NCBI GenBank assembly: GCA_964344485.1
Contig: CAYFNF010000003.1
Location: 148,467-212,466 of the forward strand
Length of the DNA stretch: 64,000 nt
Direction of reading: 5' to 3'
Source: an uncultured Gammaproteobacteria bacterium
Lineage (GTDB): Bacteria > Patescibacteriota > Patescibacteriia > UBA9570 > XYC2-FULL-38-9
Positions 43,497 through 52,436 of the stretch are shown here, piece by piece. Position 1 is the stretch's first letter. Each line of letters begins with the position of its first letter. A program made the translations under genes and the position numbers. A model generated the notes under the pieces. That model was not told the origin of the DNA and did no database searches. It saw only the letters and a list, made by a program, of their open reading frames with translations.

Positions 43497-46076
43497 TTGT
43501 TCATGCAACTTGACCTACTCGACAAATTCACTTCTCATCTTCGCGGCGCACTTTCTCGGTCCATTGACCTTGCATGGCAATTACAACAAGAATCCATACC
43601 TCCGCTGTTTTTACTTATCTCAATAGCAGAACAACAAGGGAGTATTGGTTCTGACCTGCTCAAACGATATAACATATCCATGAAGACACTAGCAGAGTAT
43701 CTCTCTGAGCACGGTGAACAGTTCGCGCCGACTGTTTTACAGGAGCTCACAAAGTCAAAAAAACCATTTGTATTCCTGTGGCCAGAGTTTTCTTCTAAGA
43801 CAAAGGATTTAATTGAGCACGCAGCACTGACAGCGTACGATTATGAACATCAACATATTGGAACAGAGCATCTGCTGTTTGCGGTGTTGGACCAACAGGA
43901 TGAGGATGTTCAGCAGGTTCTTGCTCAGTCCAAAACCTCCTCGCAGAAGATCATTGGGGATTTAAAGAAAATACTGGAACAGAACACAGCAGCTGCACAA
44001 GTAGAAGCCGCGTTCACTAAAGCAGATAAAGCAGACCCAGACGACCAAATTGGTGTTGCTACTGCAGAGCTTTCCGCAGAAGAGGTGTCTGAGACTCCAG
44101 CGCTTGATTACTTTGGTATTGATCTTACTAGTACTGCGCAACAGGAGCAGCTTGATCCAGTGATTGGACGTGAAGATGAGATTGAGCGTGTTATACATAT
44201 CCTCTCTCGGCGCACTAAGAATAATCCAGTGTTAATCGGTGAACCAGGTGTTGGGAAAACAGCTATTGCAGAAGGCTTAGCCAAGCATATTGTAGACGGG
44301 AAAGTACCGGACATTCTACTTCACAAACGAATCATCTGCTTGGATTTAAGCTTGGTCCTCGCAGGCACTATGTATCGCGGTGAATTCGAATCGCGGTTAA
44401 AACAAGTAATTGAAGAGCTCAAAAGCCACCCTGATATTATTCTGTTTATTGATGAAATACACATGATTGTTGGAGCCGGAGGAGTGCAAGGTGGAAATAT
44501 GGATGCAGCAAATATCTTAAAGCCAGCGTTAGCAAAAGGGCTGATCCGTTGTATTGGAGCGACCACATCAGATGAATACCGCAAGCATATTGAAAACGAC
44601 CCTGCGCTTGAACGCAGGTTCCAACCTGTAGTGGTAGAAGAACCAACCATGGAGCAAACAGTAGATATCCTAAAAGGACTACGCAGCTACTATGAAACCT
44701 ATCACCACATTCGCATTCCAGATGCAGTGATTGAATCTGCAGTACAGTGGTCTACACGATATCAGCCGGATAAACACCAGCCGGATAAAACTATTGATTT
44801 AATTGATGAAGCTGGAGCAAAAGTGCACTCCAAACGCTCGGTTCCTGAATCTATGCGTGAACTGGACCGCTGCACACGCTTACTCTCCTCTCTGCGAAAA
44901 AAGAAAGAACTCGCTGCACAAGCAGAACGATTCTCTCTTGCGGTTGATATAAAGAAGCAAGAAGGAGTAATCGTGAAAAAGATGAAAGAGCTGCAAAAAC
45001 AGGTCCGTGCGTTAAAGATCCCTGCTACAGCGCTAACTGCAGATGATATTGCACAAGTACTCTCCTCAGCTACGAGCATCCCAGTTGACCACATTCGTGC
45101 GACCGGCAAGGAACGGTACGCAACGTTGGAGACAGAGATGAAGAAGTGCATCTTTGGGCAGGATGAAGCTATTGAGAAGGTCTGCTCGGTGATTAAGCGT
45201 TCGTACGCTGGACTTGCTTCTCCAAATCGTCCGTTAGGCAGCTTCATGCTGCTTGGGCCATCAGGCGTCGGAAAGACTGAATTAGCAAAAGTACTCGCAG
45301 AGAAGAATTTTGGACACCGAGATAACGTGATCCGCGTGGATATGTCTGAATTCTCTGAGAGTTTTACTGTGTCAAAGTTGATTGGTGCTCCAGCGGGATA
45401 TGTAGGGTATAACGACGGTGTGAAAATCTCCGACCATATTCGCCGCCGCCCGTACTCTGTAGTACTCTTTGATGAAATTGAGAAAGCACACCCGGATATA
45501 TTTAATATCTTGTTACAAGTTCTGGATGAAGGACGACTTACGGACTCTTCTGGACGTGAGCTTAACTTCCGCAATGCAATTGTGATCTTTACTTCGAATA
45601 TTGGAATCGATCTACTGAACCGACAAGCTGCAATTGGGTTTTCTACCGAAGAAGAGCAACCGGAAGAGTACCTCTCTCAAGAAGAGATTGAAGCGACGAT
45701 CACCCAAGAGCTGCAGCAACAGTATCCGCAGGAGTTCTTGAATCGCATCGATCATATTATGGTCTTCAGCTCCTTAACGCAAAAGAGCATGGAGAAAATT
45801 GTACAAGCACAATTCAAAGAGATTCAAGTGCGGTGCAAAGAAAAAGGTATATCGCTTCGACTTCTTCCGACTGCTAAACGCCACCTTGCAACTCAGAGCT
45901 ATGATCCGCAACAAGGAGCACGGTTGGTACGAAAAACACTCTCAGACTTGATCGAAGACCCATTAGCTGATAAGCTATTAACCAAGAAGTTCCGACCTGG
46001 AAATACTGTAGCAGTCAAGTTGAAAAAAGATGCGATTGTACTAGAACAGCAGAAGGACACCAAGAAAAAGAAGTAG
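43497..46076 (+). CDS. clpC: AAA+ Clp ATPase, ClpC type
   Basis: Clp N-domain repeats. D1 has Walker [10 protein letters not shown], and D2 has GPSGVGKTE and sensor motifs. The middle domain is short (~55 aa). The IGF tripeptide (AAIGFS) is typical of ClpP-docking Clp ATPases. The start may be the ATG at 43503. Confidence 0.85.
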   Translation: MFMQLDLLDKFTSHLRGALSRSIDLAWQLQQESIPPLFLLISIAEQQGSIGSDLLKRYNISMKTLAEYLSEHGEQFAPTVLQELTKSKKPFVFLWPEFSSKTKDLIEHAALTAYDYEHQHIGTEHLLFAVLDQQDEDVQQVLAQSKTSSQKIIGDLKKILEQNTAAAQVEAAFTKADKADPDDQIGVATAELSAEEVSETPALDYFGIDLTSTAQQEQLDPVIGREDEIERVIHILSRRTKNNPVLIGEPGVGKTAIAEGLAKHIVDGKVPDILLHKRIICLDLSLVLAGTMYRGEFESRLKQVIEELKSHPDIILFIDEIHMIVGAGGVQGGNMDAANILKPALAKGLIRCIGATTSDEYRKHIENDPALERRFQPVVVEEPTMEQTVDILKGLRSYYETYHHIRIPDAVIESAVQWSTRYQPDKHQPDKTIDLIDEAGAKVHSKRSVPESMRELDRCTRLLSSLRKKKELAAQAERFSLAVDIKKQEGVIVKKMKELQKQVRALKIPATALTADDIAQVLSSATSIPVDHIRATGKERYATLETEMKKCIFGQDEAIEKVCSVIKRSYAGLASPNRPLGSFMLLGPSGVGKTELAKVLAEKNFGHRDNVIRVDMSEFSESFTVSKLIGAPAGYVGYNDGVKISDHIRRRPYSVVLFDEIEKAHPDIFNILLQVLDEGRLTDSSGRELNFRNAIVIFTSNIGIDLLNRQAAIGFSTEEEQPEEYLSQEEIEATITQELQQQYPQEFLNRIDHIMVFSSLTQKSMEKIVQAQFKEIQVRCKEKGISLRLLPTAKRHLATQSYDPQQGARLVRKTLSDLIEDPLADKLLTKKFRPGNTVAVKLKKDAIVLEQQKDTKKKK

Positions 46077-46119
46077 TGCGGTCAGAACAGCAATAGAGCT
46101 CTTTCCTAAAGAATCATCA

Positions 46120-46144
46120 CCACCCATAACGGGTGGTTTTATTT
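46120..46144 (+). terminator. Intrinsic terminator after clpC
   Basis: CCACCC-ATAAC-GGGTGG followed by TTTTATTT. Confidence 0.6.
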
Positions 46145-46822
46145 ATGAACATCTTCAAACAACTCTCAAGTAGTATTCTCGACGCACTCTTTCCTCGCCG
46201 CTGCGTTGGGTGTGGTTGTTATGATACGTGGGCATGTGCTTCTTGCGTTCAGGAGCACCGTAATGTGGAATGCTTAGATCTACTCACAGCAGACGCTCAG
46301 AGTGCTGCAACATCTATTATCACTATTGGTCTATATAGTAATCCGTTCTGGAGAGAGTTAGTGCAGTTGTTAAAGTTTCATAACGTTCGATCACTCAGTG
46401 AAGCGTTGACACAAGAGCTAGCAGCGACGCTATGGCACTATATGCAACAACAAACACACCCACAGCAACCGACTGTGCTCGTGCCGATTCCGTTACATAA
46501 GAGACGTCTGCGAGAACGTGGATTCAATCAAGCGACGGTGGTTGCGGAGCGACTCTCTGATCATACGGACTGGCCAGTTCTCGAGCAGTTGCTGTTGAGA
46601 ACTCACTACACTCCATCTCAGACCACTCTCTCTCACGAGGAGCGCGAACAAAACATTGCACACGCATTTTCGTACACCTCCGCTGAACTATCGCTGCACG
46701 GTGTTCATGTCATTTTGGTAGATGATGTTGTGACTACCGGCTCCACCGCGTTGGAAGCAGCACAAACACTGCAGGAGCTTGAACCTGCTTCTGTACATAT
46801 CGTTGCTATTGCTCGAGGGTAA
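46145..46822 (+). CDS. comF: ComF family protein (phosphoribosyltransferase domain)
   Basis: The N-terminus has a 4-Cys motif (CVGCG....CASC) and the C-terminus has the PRTase motif VILVDDVVTTGST. The ATG at 46145 is preferred over the GTG at 46133, which lies inside the clpC terminator. Confidence 0.8.
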   Translation: MNIFKQLSSSILDALFPRRCVGCGCYDTWACASCVQEHRNVECLDLLTADAQSAATSIITIGLYSNPFWRELVQLLKFHNVRSLSEALTQELAATLWHYMQQQTHPQQPTVLVPIPLHKRRLRERGFNQATVVAERLSDHTDWPVLEQLLLRTHYTPSQTTLSHEEREQNIAHAFSYTSAELSLHGVHVILVDDVVTTGSTALEAAQTLQELEPASVHIVAIARG

Positions 46823-46825
46823 GTG

Positions 46826-46899
46826 TGTCCCCGGCACGATTTGAACGTGCGACCTCCGGTACCGCAAACCGACGCTCTATCCAACTGAGCTACGGGGAC
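46826..46899 (-). tRNA. tRNA-Arg (anticodon GCG)
   Basis: A 74-nt cloverleaf: GTCCCCG/TA/GCTC-AGTTGGATA-GAGC/G/TCGGT-TTGCGGT-ACCGG/AGGTC/GCACG-TTCAAAT-CGTGC/CGGGGAC/A. Confidence 0.85.
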
Positions 46900-46980
46900 A
46901 GATTGTGTACAGCAATGAACATGCTGCAGTAACAAATGGTAAATAAAAAAAGCGTATTCGTCAATAGCTTTGTGCGTGGA

Positions 46981-47523
46981 TTATAACTTGAACATGCGGA
47001 TTGCAGTATCTCCGGCTGACTCCTCTTCTCTCTCAAGATCTTCATCGAGAAAATCCAGAAGCATCTTTCGTAAGGTGACTGGATTCTTGTCTCGCAGTGG
47101 AATCGAAAATTCTCCGCGTAGAATAGTATTTTTTGGTTTTATATAGAGCTGCTTAATTAACGGTGGTTCATAAATAACAGCAAATGACTCGATCTCACGA
47201 TAGATATAGAATCTATCACCAATCTGTACGCCGGTTTCATATATCACAAACGGTAGAATTGCAGGGTCGGAACGATGGTGTGTAAAAACAATCAACGCAA
47301 TGAGTAGAATGATTAGTGCAAACAAGAAATTACCATCTGCAATTGCATAGATCAGCAGACCACCTCCGATGAGGATGGCAAAGAAATACCAAATCGGTCC
47401 ACGTTCGTGTTTTTCATACTCTGGGAACTCCCATTGTTCTAGGACGCTTCCACGTTCAATGGGGTTTACCCCCATGCGAATGGACCGCTCTCGGTCTTCA
47501 TCTGTAAGGATTCTTTCTGGCAT
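46981..47523 (-). CDS. Hypothetical membrane protein
   Basis: 180 aa with two adjacent TM segments (WYFFAILIGGGLLIYAI, FLFALIILLIALIVF) followed by a soluble C-terminal domain. Confidence 0.55.
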   Translation of the reverse strand: MPERILTDEDRERSIRMGVNPIERGSVLEQWEFPEYEKHERGPIWYFFAILIGGGLLIYAIADGNFLFALIILLIALIVFTHHRSDPAILPFVIYETGVQIGDRFYIYREIESFAVIYEPPLIKQLYIKPKNTILRGEFSIPLRDKNPVTLRKMLLDFLDEDLEREEESAGDTAIRMFKL

Positions 47524-47594
47524 ACATACGTATTATAGCATTTTTTTTATCGAATGAAAAGGGGATATTTCAACTGTTTTTTACTAGATTTTTA

Positions 47595-47622
47595 TTGACT
47601 TTTTTAAAAAAATCGTTATAGT
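47595..47622 (+). promoter_or_regulatory. Promoter TTGACT-16-TATAGT upstream of the RNA gene cluster
   Basis: TTGACT at 47595-47600 and TATAGT at 47617-47622, about 32 nt upstream of the 129-nt element. Confidence 0.45.
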
Positions 47623-47654
47623 TAGTAGCGCACGTTTCAGTTTGAGTGATATAT

Positions 47655-47783
47655 GGAGAGGTAGCTGAGTGGGTTCGAGCGGGCAATAAGTGAATGCATT
47701 TCTGCATTCACGGCCGCGAGAACGGGCGAACGATGCTGCAAAGCAGCCGTGAGTCCCGGATGAAAGCGATGAAATACCTCTCT
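47655..47783 (+). ncRNA. Unassigned structured RNA candidate or degenerate tRNA-Ser-like element (129 nt)
   Basis: The 5' end GGAGAGG/TA/GCT-GAGTGGGTTCG-AGC/G copies the acceptor and D-arm of the two downstream tRNA-Ser genes. The 3' end TACCTCTCT pairs with the 5' end. The ~95-nt interior has no anticodon arm or T-arm but contains perfect hairpins: GTGAATGCA-TTTC-TGCATTCAC (47690-47711) and GCTGC-AAA-GCAGC (47735-47747). Confidence 0.35.
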
Positions 47784-47811
47784 TGGCTTCATTTCAATAT
47801 AGTTCTAACTT

Positions 47812-47903
47812 GGAGAGGTGGCTGAGTGGTTGAAAGCGACGGATTGCTAATCCGTTATATCGGTATTTAGCCGGTATCGAGGGTTCAAATCCCTCCCTCT
47901 CCG
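47812..47903 (+). tRNA. tRNA-Ser (anticodon GCT)
   Basis: A 92-nt class II tRNA: GGAGAGG/TG/GCT-GAGTGGTTGAA-AGC/G/ACGGA-TTGCTAA-TCCGT/23-nt variable arm/GAGGG-TTCAAAT-CCCTC/CCTCTCC/G. Confidence 0.9.
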
Positions 47904-47927
47904 CAGGACCGATTTTTTTGTACGTCT

Positions 47928-48014
47928 GGAGAGATGACAGAGCGGTCGAATGTGACGGTCTTGAAAACCGTTGGGCCTTCACGGGTCCCGTGGGTTCGAA
48001 TCCCACTCTCTCCG
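47928..48014 (+). tRNA. tRNA-Ser (anticodon TGA)
   Basis: An 87-nt class II tRNA: GGAGAGA/TG/ACA-GAGCGGTCGAA-TGT/G/ACGGT-CTTGAAA-ACCGT/18-nt variable arm/GTGGG-TTCGAAT-CCCAC/TCTCTCC/G. Confidence 0.9.
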
Positions 48015-48015
48015 C

Positions 48016-48399
48016 ATGACCATACCTTTTCTTATTTCTAACATAACAATTGTCCTCCTCTTTGTCGGACACTTGTACTATGGAGATAAAGAAATAAAAC
48101 GAATTGAACCAAGGGATTCATCTGTTAATCAAGGTCTTTGGACATTGGCACGAGTTGCATGGCACTGGGTATCTTGGGACTTATTGTTCATTGCGATACT
48201 CATGGCCTTAGTAAATTTTACAGGTGTTTTTTCAGGGAATGAAGCTATTGTACAAAAAATTATCGCGGTTTACATCATTGGAGTTTCCGTCTCTTGGACA
48301 ATCACCACTTGTATATCTCGGCCATGCGAGAAAAAATTCGTTATGTTTATTCCTGCTGCGCTGATTATTCTGAGTATAGGCATACTGGCTTTTTTCTAA
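48016..48399 (+). CDS. Hypothetical membrane protein (127 aa)
   Basis: The ATG at 48016 comes immediately after the tRNA, and the ORF-track start at 47971 would overlap the tRNA. Four hydrophobic segments. Confidence 0.4.
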   Translation: MTIPFLISNITIVLLFVGHLYYGDKEIKRIEPRDSSVNQGLWTLARVAWHWVSWDLLFIAILMALVNFTGVFSGNEAIVQKIIAVYIIGVSVSWTITTCISRPCEKKFVMFIPAALIILSIGILAFF

Positions 48400-48417
48400 A
48401 AATTTGCGAGAGCTACT

Positions 48418-49128
48418 ATGGAACAACACCTCCACATTCCAACAGATGACGGGCATCAGATATATGGAGTATTGAACGGTGGCAGCGAGGAAAAGCTCAT
48501 CATCTTTGTGCATGGTCTTACAGGAAACATGAATGAGCATCAGTTCTATAATGCTGCTCGATTCTTTCCTGAGCACGGTTTTTCGACGTTTCGTTTTAAT
48601 CTCTACTCTGGAAAAGGAGATGCACGCACTCTTACTGACTGTTCACTCGATACTCATGTGCAGGACCTCAATGCAGTTATTGCTTACTTCACTGACAGTT
48701 ACCAATATCTTTATCTTGTGGGCCATAGTTTCGGTGGGCCAGCTATTCTTTATACGGATACGAAATCAGTCACATCAATTGTGCTATGGGATCCGTCATA
48801 TGATCCACTGGCATATCTCGGGGATGAAATCCAGTATAACGAACAGTTAGGACAATATATCCTCTCTTGGGAAAATGAATATATCATCTCCTCTGAGATG
48901 TATGACAGCTGGAAACAGTGCGGAGAAAAACTATTAGCACTCTTTTCTACACCCACTAAGATCATCTGTGCTGGACAGGATGTGTTATACAAAGACTGGA
49001 AAAACAATAGTGCTCATCTCCCTCCAGAAACAGAGCTCGCTCTGATTAAAGACGCAGGCCACTGTTTTGATGAGGAGGGAGCTGAAGAACAACTCTTTCA
49101 AGAAACCCTTAATTGGTTCACCTTATAA
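48418..49128 (+). CDS. Alpha/beta hydrolase fold protein
   Basis: Nucleophile elbow GHSFGG, an upstream oxyanion region (IIFVHGLTGN) and a C-terminal DAGHCF His motif. Confidence 0.75.
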   Translation: MEQHLHIPTDDGHQIYGVLNGGSEEKLIIFVHGLTGNMNEHQFYNAARFFPEHGFSTFRFNLYSGKGDARTLTDCSLDTHVQDLNAVIAYFTDSYQYLYLVGHSFGGPAILYTDTKSVTSIVLWDPSYDPLAYLGDEIQYNEQLGQYILSWENEYIISSEMYDSWKQCGEKLLALFSTPTKIICAGQDVLYKDWKNNSAHLPPETELALIKDAGHCFDEEGAEEQLFQETLNWFTL

Positions 49129-49133
49129 CACAT

Positions 49134-49523
49134 ATGAAACAAGCACTCGCAGTATTACTCGCAGGAGCATGGATAACACTCTCGGAATTCATTCGTAACG
49201 AATTCTTGCTAAAAAGCTACTGGACGGACCACTATAATACACTGAGCCTAACCTTTGAAACGCTTCCACTCAATGGTGTATTGTGGTTCATATGGAGCCT
49301 GATCTTTGCGTTTATAGTCATGAAGCTGTTGCAAAACAACTCTTTAAAAGAAACTCTCATTATTTCCTGGCTCGCTGCGTTTGTGATGATGTGGATCACG
49401 ATCTACAACCTTCAAGTGCTCCCTCTCCCGCTACTGTTATTTGCAGTTCCATGGAGTATACTGGAAGTACTGATCGCAATAATAATAGTTCAAACCATAT
49501 GCGAAAAACTCAAAAGGAATTAG
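49134..49523 (+). CDS. Hypothetical membrane protein (129 aa)
   Basis: Four TM segments. The ATG at 49134 is preferred over the TTG at 49113, which overlaps the preceding gene. Confidence 0.5.
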   Translation: MKQALAVLLAGAWITLSEFIRNEFLLKSYWTDHYNTLSLTFETLPLNGVLWFIWSLIFAFIVMKLLQNNSLKETLIISWLAAFVMMWITIYNLQVLPLPLLLFAVPWSILEVLIAIIIVQTICEKLKRN

Positions 49524-49882
49524 TATCCATCTATAAACGCTTGAAAAAGATACTGAAGCAATACGAAGATCCACTCAAACCTAAAATGGATCTGGATAGC
49601 AAATACGACCTCTGGTCTTTTAAAGAAGTAGAGATTGCAGGTAGAACAAGAGATGAAGTCTACTTTGCAGGCATCATCATTCAAAGCTCTTACGTTGGGT
49701 TCTACTTCATGCCAGTGTATACTGACAAAACACTGAAAGAAGTGTTCAAACCGGAATTATTAGGGTTGTTAAAGGGGAAATCGTGTTTTCATATCAAATC
49801 CCTGGACGCGAAGTTAGAGAAGGAAATTGAGCAAGCAGTAAAAAAGGGCTATCAGCTCTATAAAAAAAGAGGCTGGGTATAA
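49499..49882 (+). CDS. Small soluble protein, DUF1801-like
   Basis: The start is set at M73 of the ORF-track model (MRKTQKELVSIYKRLKKIL...). YFAGIIIQSSYVGFYFMPVY...GKSCFHIK resembles the YdhG/DUF1801 layout. The upstream part of the track ORF overlaps the previous membrane gene in another frame. Confidence 0.45.
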   Translation: MRKTQKELVSIYKRLKKILKQYEDPLKPKMDLDSKYDLWSFKEVEIAGRTRDEVYFAGIIIQSSYVGFYFMPVYTDKTLKEVFKPELLGLLKGKSCFHIKSLDAKLEKEIEQAVKKGYQLYKKRGWV

Positions 49883-49914
49883 CACCAGCTATATAATTCT
49901 ATAGACATACAACT

Positions 49915-50097
49915 ATGGGTAAAAAAATACATGACAGCGGACCGTCAGGAGCAATCTATGGCCTTGGTTTAATCGGAGCATTGGTCTACTACATTGCACA
50001 TGCTTCTGGTTTCTGGGTCGGAGTACTCGGAGTGCTGAAAGCGCTGGTCTGGCCAGCATTTGTGGTCTATGACCTGATGAAGTTTCTGAACATGTAA
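49915..50097 (+). CDS. Small membrane protein (60 aa)
   Basis: Two hydrophobic helices (IYGLGLIGALVYYIA, VGVLGVLKALVWPAFVV). A TATAGA box lies 9 nt upstream of the ATG, and the gene is followed by a terminator. Confidence 0.5.
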   Translation: MGKKIHDSGPSGAIYGLGLIGALVYYIAHASGFWVGVLGVLKALVWPAFVVYDLMKFLNM

Positions 50098-50103
50098 ACA
50101 AAT

Positions 50104-50137
50104 AAAAAAACTTGCAGCGCTTTCGCTCAAGTTTTTT
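50104..50137. terminator. Bidirectional intrinsic terminator between convergent genes
   Basis: An A-run, then CTTG(C)AGCG-CTTT-CGCTCAAG, then a T-run. Confidence 0.6.
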
Positions 50138-50142
50138 ATTCT

Positions 50143-51105
50143 CTATTCAGCTAACCATGCGAGCTGGTTATAGTACCCTGGATGCACTTGCTCCATGCAT
50201 GATCCTTCGGTCCGAAGAAAGTGCCGGAGCGCTTCTTTATCGTCTTCTGTTCTGGGAGTATATTCAAAGTGCTGAAAGTGATCTACTTGTCCATTAAAGA
50301 TAAAACTGCGAGCATGACGAAGTAGCTGAAGCGTTTCATCAGATGCTTTCCCATATACTGAAAGTTGTTGCATATACGCTTCAGCGAAATGCTTTGGGAT
50401 CTCTCTTTTTGCTGGGCCTTCACTCCATCGGGGGTTTACTGAACCGATATTCCGCTGCGGTATGGTTTCTGTGCCAAATGAATCATATGGACCAAGATCT
50501 CTATGAGTAATCGGCACAGTGACCCTTGCGTCTCCAACGTGAGAATACGCTAAAGCATGCCCGCGCATTGGCCACATGACGCCAGAATCAACTCCCATTT
50601 GTTGTGTTACGTACGCATAAAACGCTGCTCCAGTATCACACTCTAGAATTGAATACATACCATCTTGGCCGGTAGCGCCTGTTACTGCATCAAATCCATC
50701 TGGGTGTAAGTACTCTATTGTTGCATTTGGTGTTGGACCTCGATCAATATGCTGGTAACCAAAACGCAAGAATCCAGAGCTACGAAATGCTTCGTAGTTC
50801 ATCTTTGCAACCATGTAGGAACGAAAATTCTCTTCAGTCGGTTCTACCTCGTGGTCCTTGCAGAAATTCATAAACTGCTCTTGTTGAATCGGTAACTTCA
50901 TTAACTTCAGCACCTCTTCACGAGCGGCTGCAGTAAAATCACGAATTTCAATGGTCTCGACTGCGTGTTGCTCAGCTGTGCGCATTAATTCTCCAGCAGT
51001 TGCTTTGGGCGCAATTGCAGCAGCGCCAAGAAGCGACCCTGCAAGCTGTAAAAACTTTCTTCTATCCGGACCACTACGGCCGGGTCCTGAATCTCGTCTT
51101 TTCAT
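50143..51105 (-). CDS. Secreted hypothetical protein with a twin-arginine-like signal peptide
   Basis: The N-terminal DRRKFLQLAGSLLGAAAIAPKATA matches the (S/T)RRxFL Tat consensus. No domain is recognised in the 320-aa body. Confidence 0.6.
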   Translation of the reverse strand: MKRRDSGPGRSGPDRRKFLQLAGSLLGAAAIAPKATAGELMRTAEQHAVETIEIRDFTAAAREEVLKLMKLPIQQEQFMNFCKDHEVEPTEENFRSYMVAKMNYEAFRSSGFLRFGYQHIDRGPTPNATIEYLHPDGFDAVTGATGQDGMYSILECDTGAAFYAYVTQQMGVDSGVMWPMRGHALAYSHVGDARVTVPITHRDLGPYDSFGTETIPQRNIGSVNPRWSEGPAKREIPKHFAEAYMQQLSVYGKASDETLQLLRHARSFIFNGQVDHFQHFEYTPRTEDDKEALRHFLRTEGSCMEQVHPGYYNQLAWLAE

Positions 51106-51209
51106 ATAGTGATTTTAACATATTTGGCAAAAAAAATCAAGTCCTACACATAAATCCCCTTTTTTTTGATATAATAGAATCAGTATAAAAAACAATTAAA
51201 TAAAACACT

Positions 51210-52427
51210 ATGGTTGATCGAATCACCAAGGTCACGCGCACTGGGTACGGATCGCGTGTGGGCCAGTCTATTGGCGGCGTTCTTATTGGACTGCTGCTAT
51301 TTGTCGCGTCGTTCGTTGTGCTCTACTGGAACGAAGGCCGGCAAGACATGTCTCTGATTGCAGCAACTGCAACTGAGATTGAAGCAGAGACAGCAAACCA
51401 AGACGCTTCATTGGATGGAACGCTCGTTTCTCTCACCGGAACACTTTCCACCGATGAAACACTTGGCGATGACTTTCTTGTTGCTGGCGACTATATCGCT
51501 GTCAAACGAACTGTCGAGATGTATGCATGGGAAGAGTCCACGTCCAGCGAAACGCACACAGAGACTGGTGGTTCTGAGACAACCGAAACTACATACGAGT
51601 ACGACACAGTATGGACAGAGACACCTGCTGACTCAGATGACTTTGAGTACTCAGGGAGTTACTATAATCCAACTAAGGAGATTGAAAGCGTCACAAAAAC
51701 TGTTACTGACGCAAAAGTAGGTGTATATGCTGTAGATGCAGACGATGCAGAACTGCCAGGTTTTGATGAGGTATCACTTTCAGAAGACAACACGTATATC
51801 CTAGATACAGCTGCTGACCTCTATTGGGAAGATCCGCTATACGACACCTATTATGAATACGGGGATCAAGCACTATCTAGTTCATACATCTACATTGGAT
51901 ACGGCACATTAGATAACCCAACGGTCGGAGACTATCGTATCAGCTACTCCGTGCTACCAGCTGGTGAAGATGTGACGGCATTCGGAGAACTAGATGGAAC
52001 AAAAGTAGCAAGCTACACAGATGAAGACGGTAACACCTTATATCGCTTGTTTGACGGCTCTCGTGAAGAAGCAATTGCAACACTACACACCGAACATGTG
52101 ACTTCTACATGGATCTTACGTGTAGTTGGATTCTTCATGATGTGGATTGGACTCGCAGCTGTGTTTGGGCCAGTAAGCACGGTACTCTCCTTTATTCCAT
52201 TCCTTGGCAAGCTCAGCAAGAGTTTAATCGGGGTAGTAGCATTTGTCGTAGCGCTTGTACTGTCAGTGCTTACCATTGTTATCTCCATGATCCTACACAG
52301 CGTTGTCGCACTGATTATTATCGGTATTCTCGTACTTGCTGGAGTCGTGCTCATTGTTATGGGATATAAGAAAAAGAAAGGTGAAACTCCACCTGCATCC
52401 CCTCCATCTCCGGAGCCTACTCAATAA
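51210..52427 (+). CDS. TMEM43/DUF1625 family membrane protein
   Basis: The N-terminus reads ..SRVGQSIGGVLIGLLLFVASFVVLYWNEGR (the WNEGR signature after TM1). A large acidic loop is followed by three C-terminal TM segments. Confidence 0.6.
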   Translation: MVDRITKVTRTGYGSRVGQSIGGVLIGLLLFVASFVVLYWNEGRQDMSLIAATATEIEAETANQDASLDGTLVSLTGTLSTDETLGDDFLVAGDYIAVKRTVEMYAWEESTSSETHTETGGSETTETTYEYDTVWTETPADSDDFEYSGSYYNPTKEIESVTKTVTDAKVGVYAVDADDAELPGFDEVSLSEDNTYILDTAADLYWEDPLYDTYYEYGDQALSSSYIYIGYGTLDNPTVGDYRISYSVLPAGEDVTAFGELDGTKVASYTDEDGNTLYRLFDGSREEAIATLHTEHVTSTWILRVVGFFMMWIGLAAVFGPVSTVLSFIPFLGKLSKSLIGVVAFVVALVLSVLTIVISMILHSVVALIIIGILVLAGVVLIVMGYKKKKGETPPASPPSPEPTQ

Positions 52428-52436
52428 ATAGATTCA

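Noticed and set aside
44762-45574. A 270-aa antisense ORF inside clpC, plus similar antisense ORFs at 8061-8567, 32656-33174, 42179-42673 and several within the giant genes.
   Set aside because: They are opposite strongly supported genes, have low-complexity S/R/C-rich products and lack start signals.
47655-47783. Assignment of the 129-nt element as tmRNA or SRP (4.5S) RNA. The prompts were the tRNA-like 5' end with GGGTTCGAG, a possible 'AND...' tag-like frame, and AAGCAGCCGTGAG, which resembles the SRP helix-8 3' strand.
   Set aside because: It is too short for tmRNA and has no T-arm/ACCA 3' end. The candidate tag ends ...AAKQP rather than a hydrophobic LAA-type end. For SRP, the GNRA tetraloop and symmetric-loop geometry cannot be built around the AGCAGCC motif. 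It is left unassigned.
47794-48072. A 92-aa ORF on the minus strand, and the 5' part of ORF 47971-48399.
   Set aside because: Both lie directly over the two tRNA-Ser genes.
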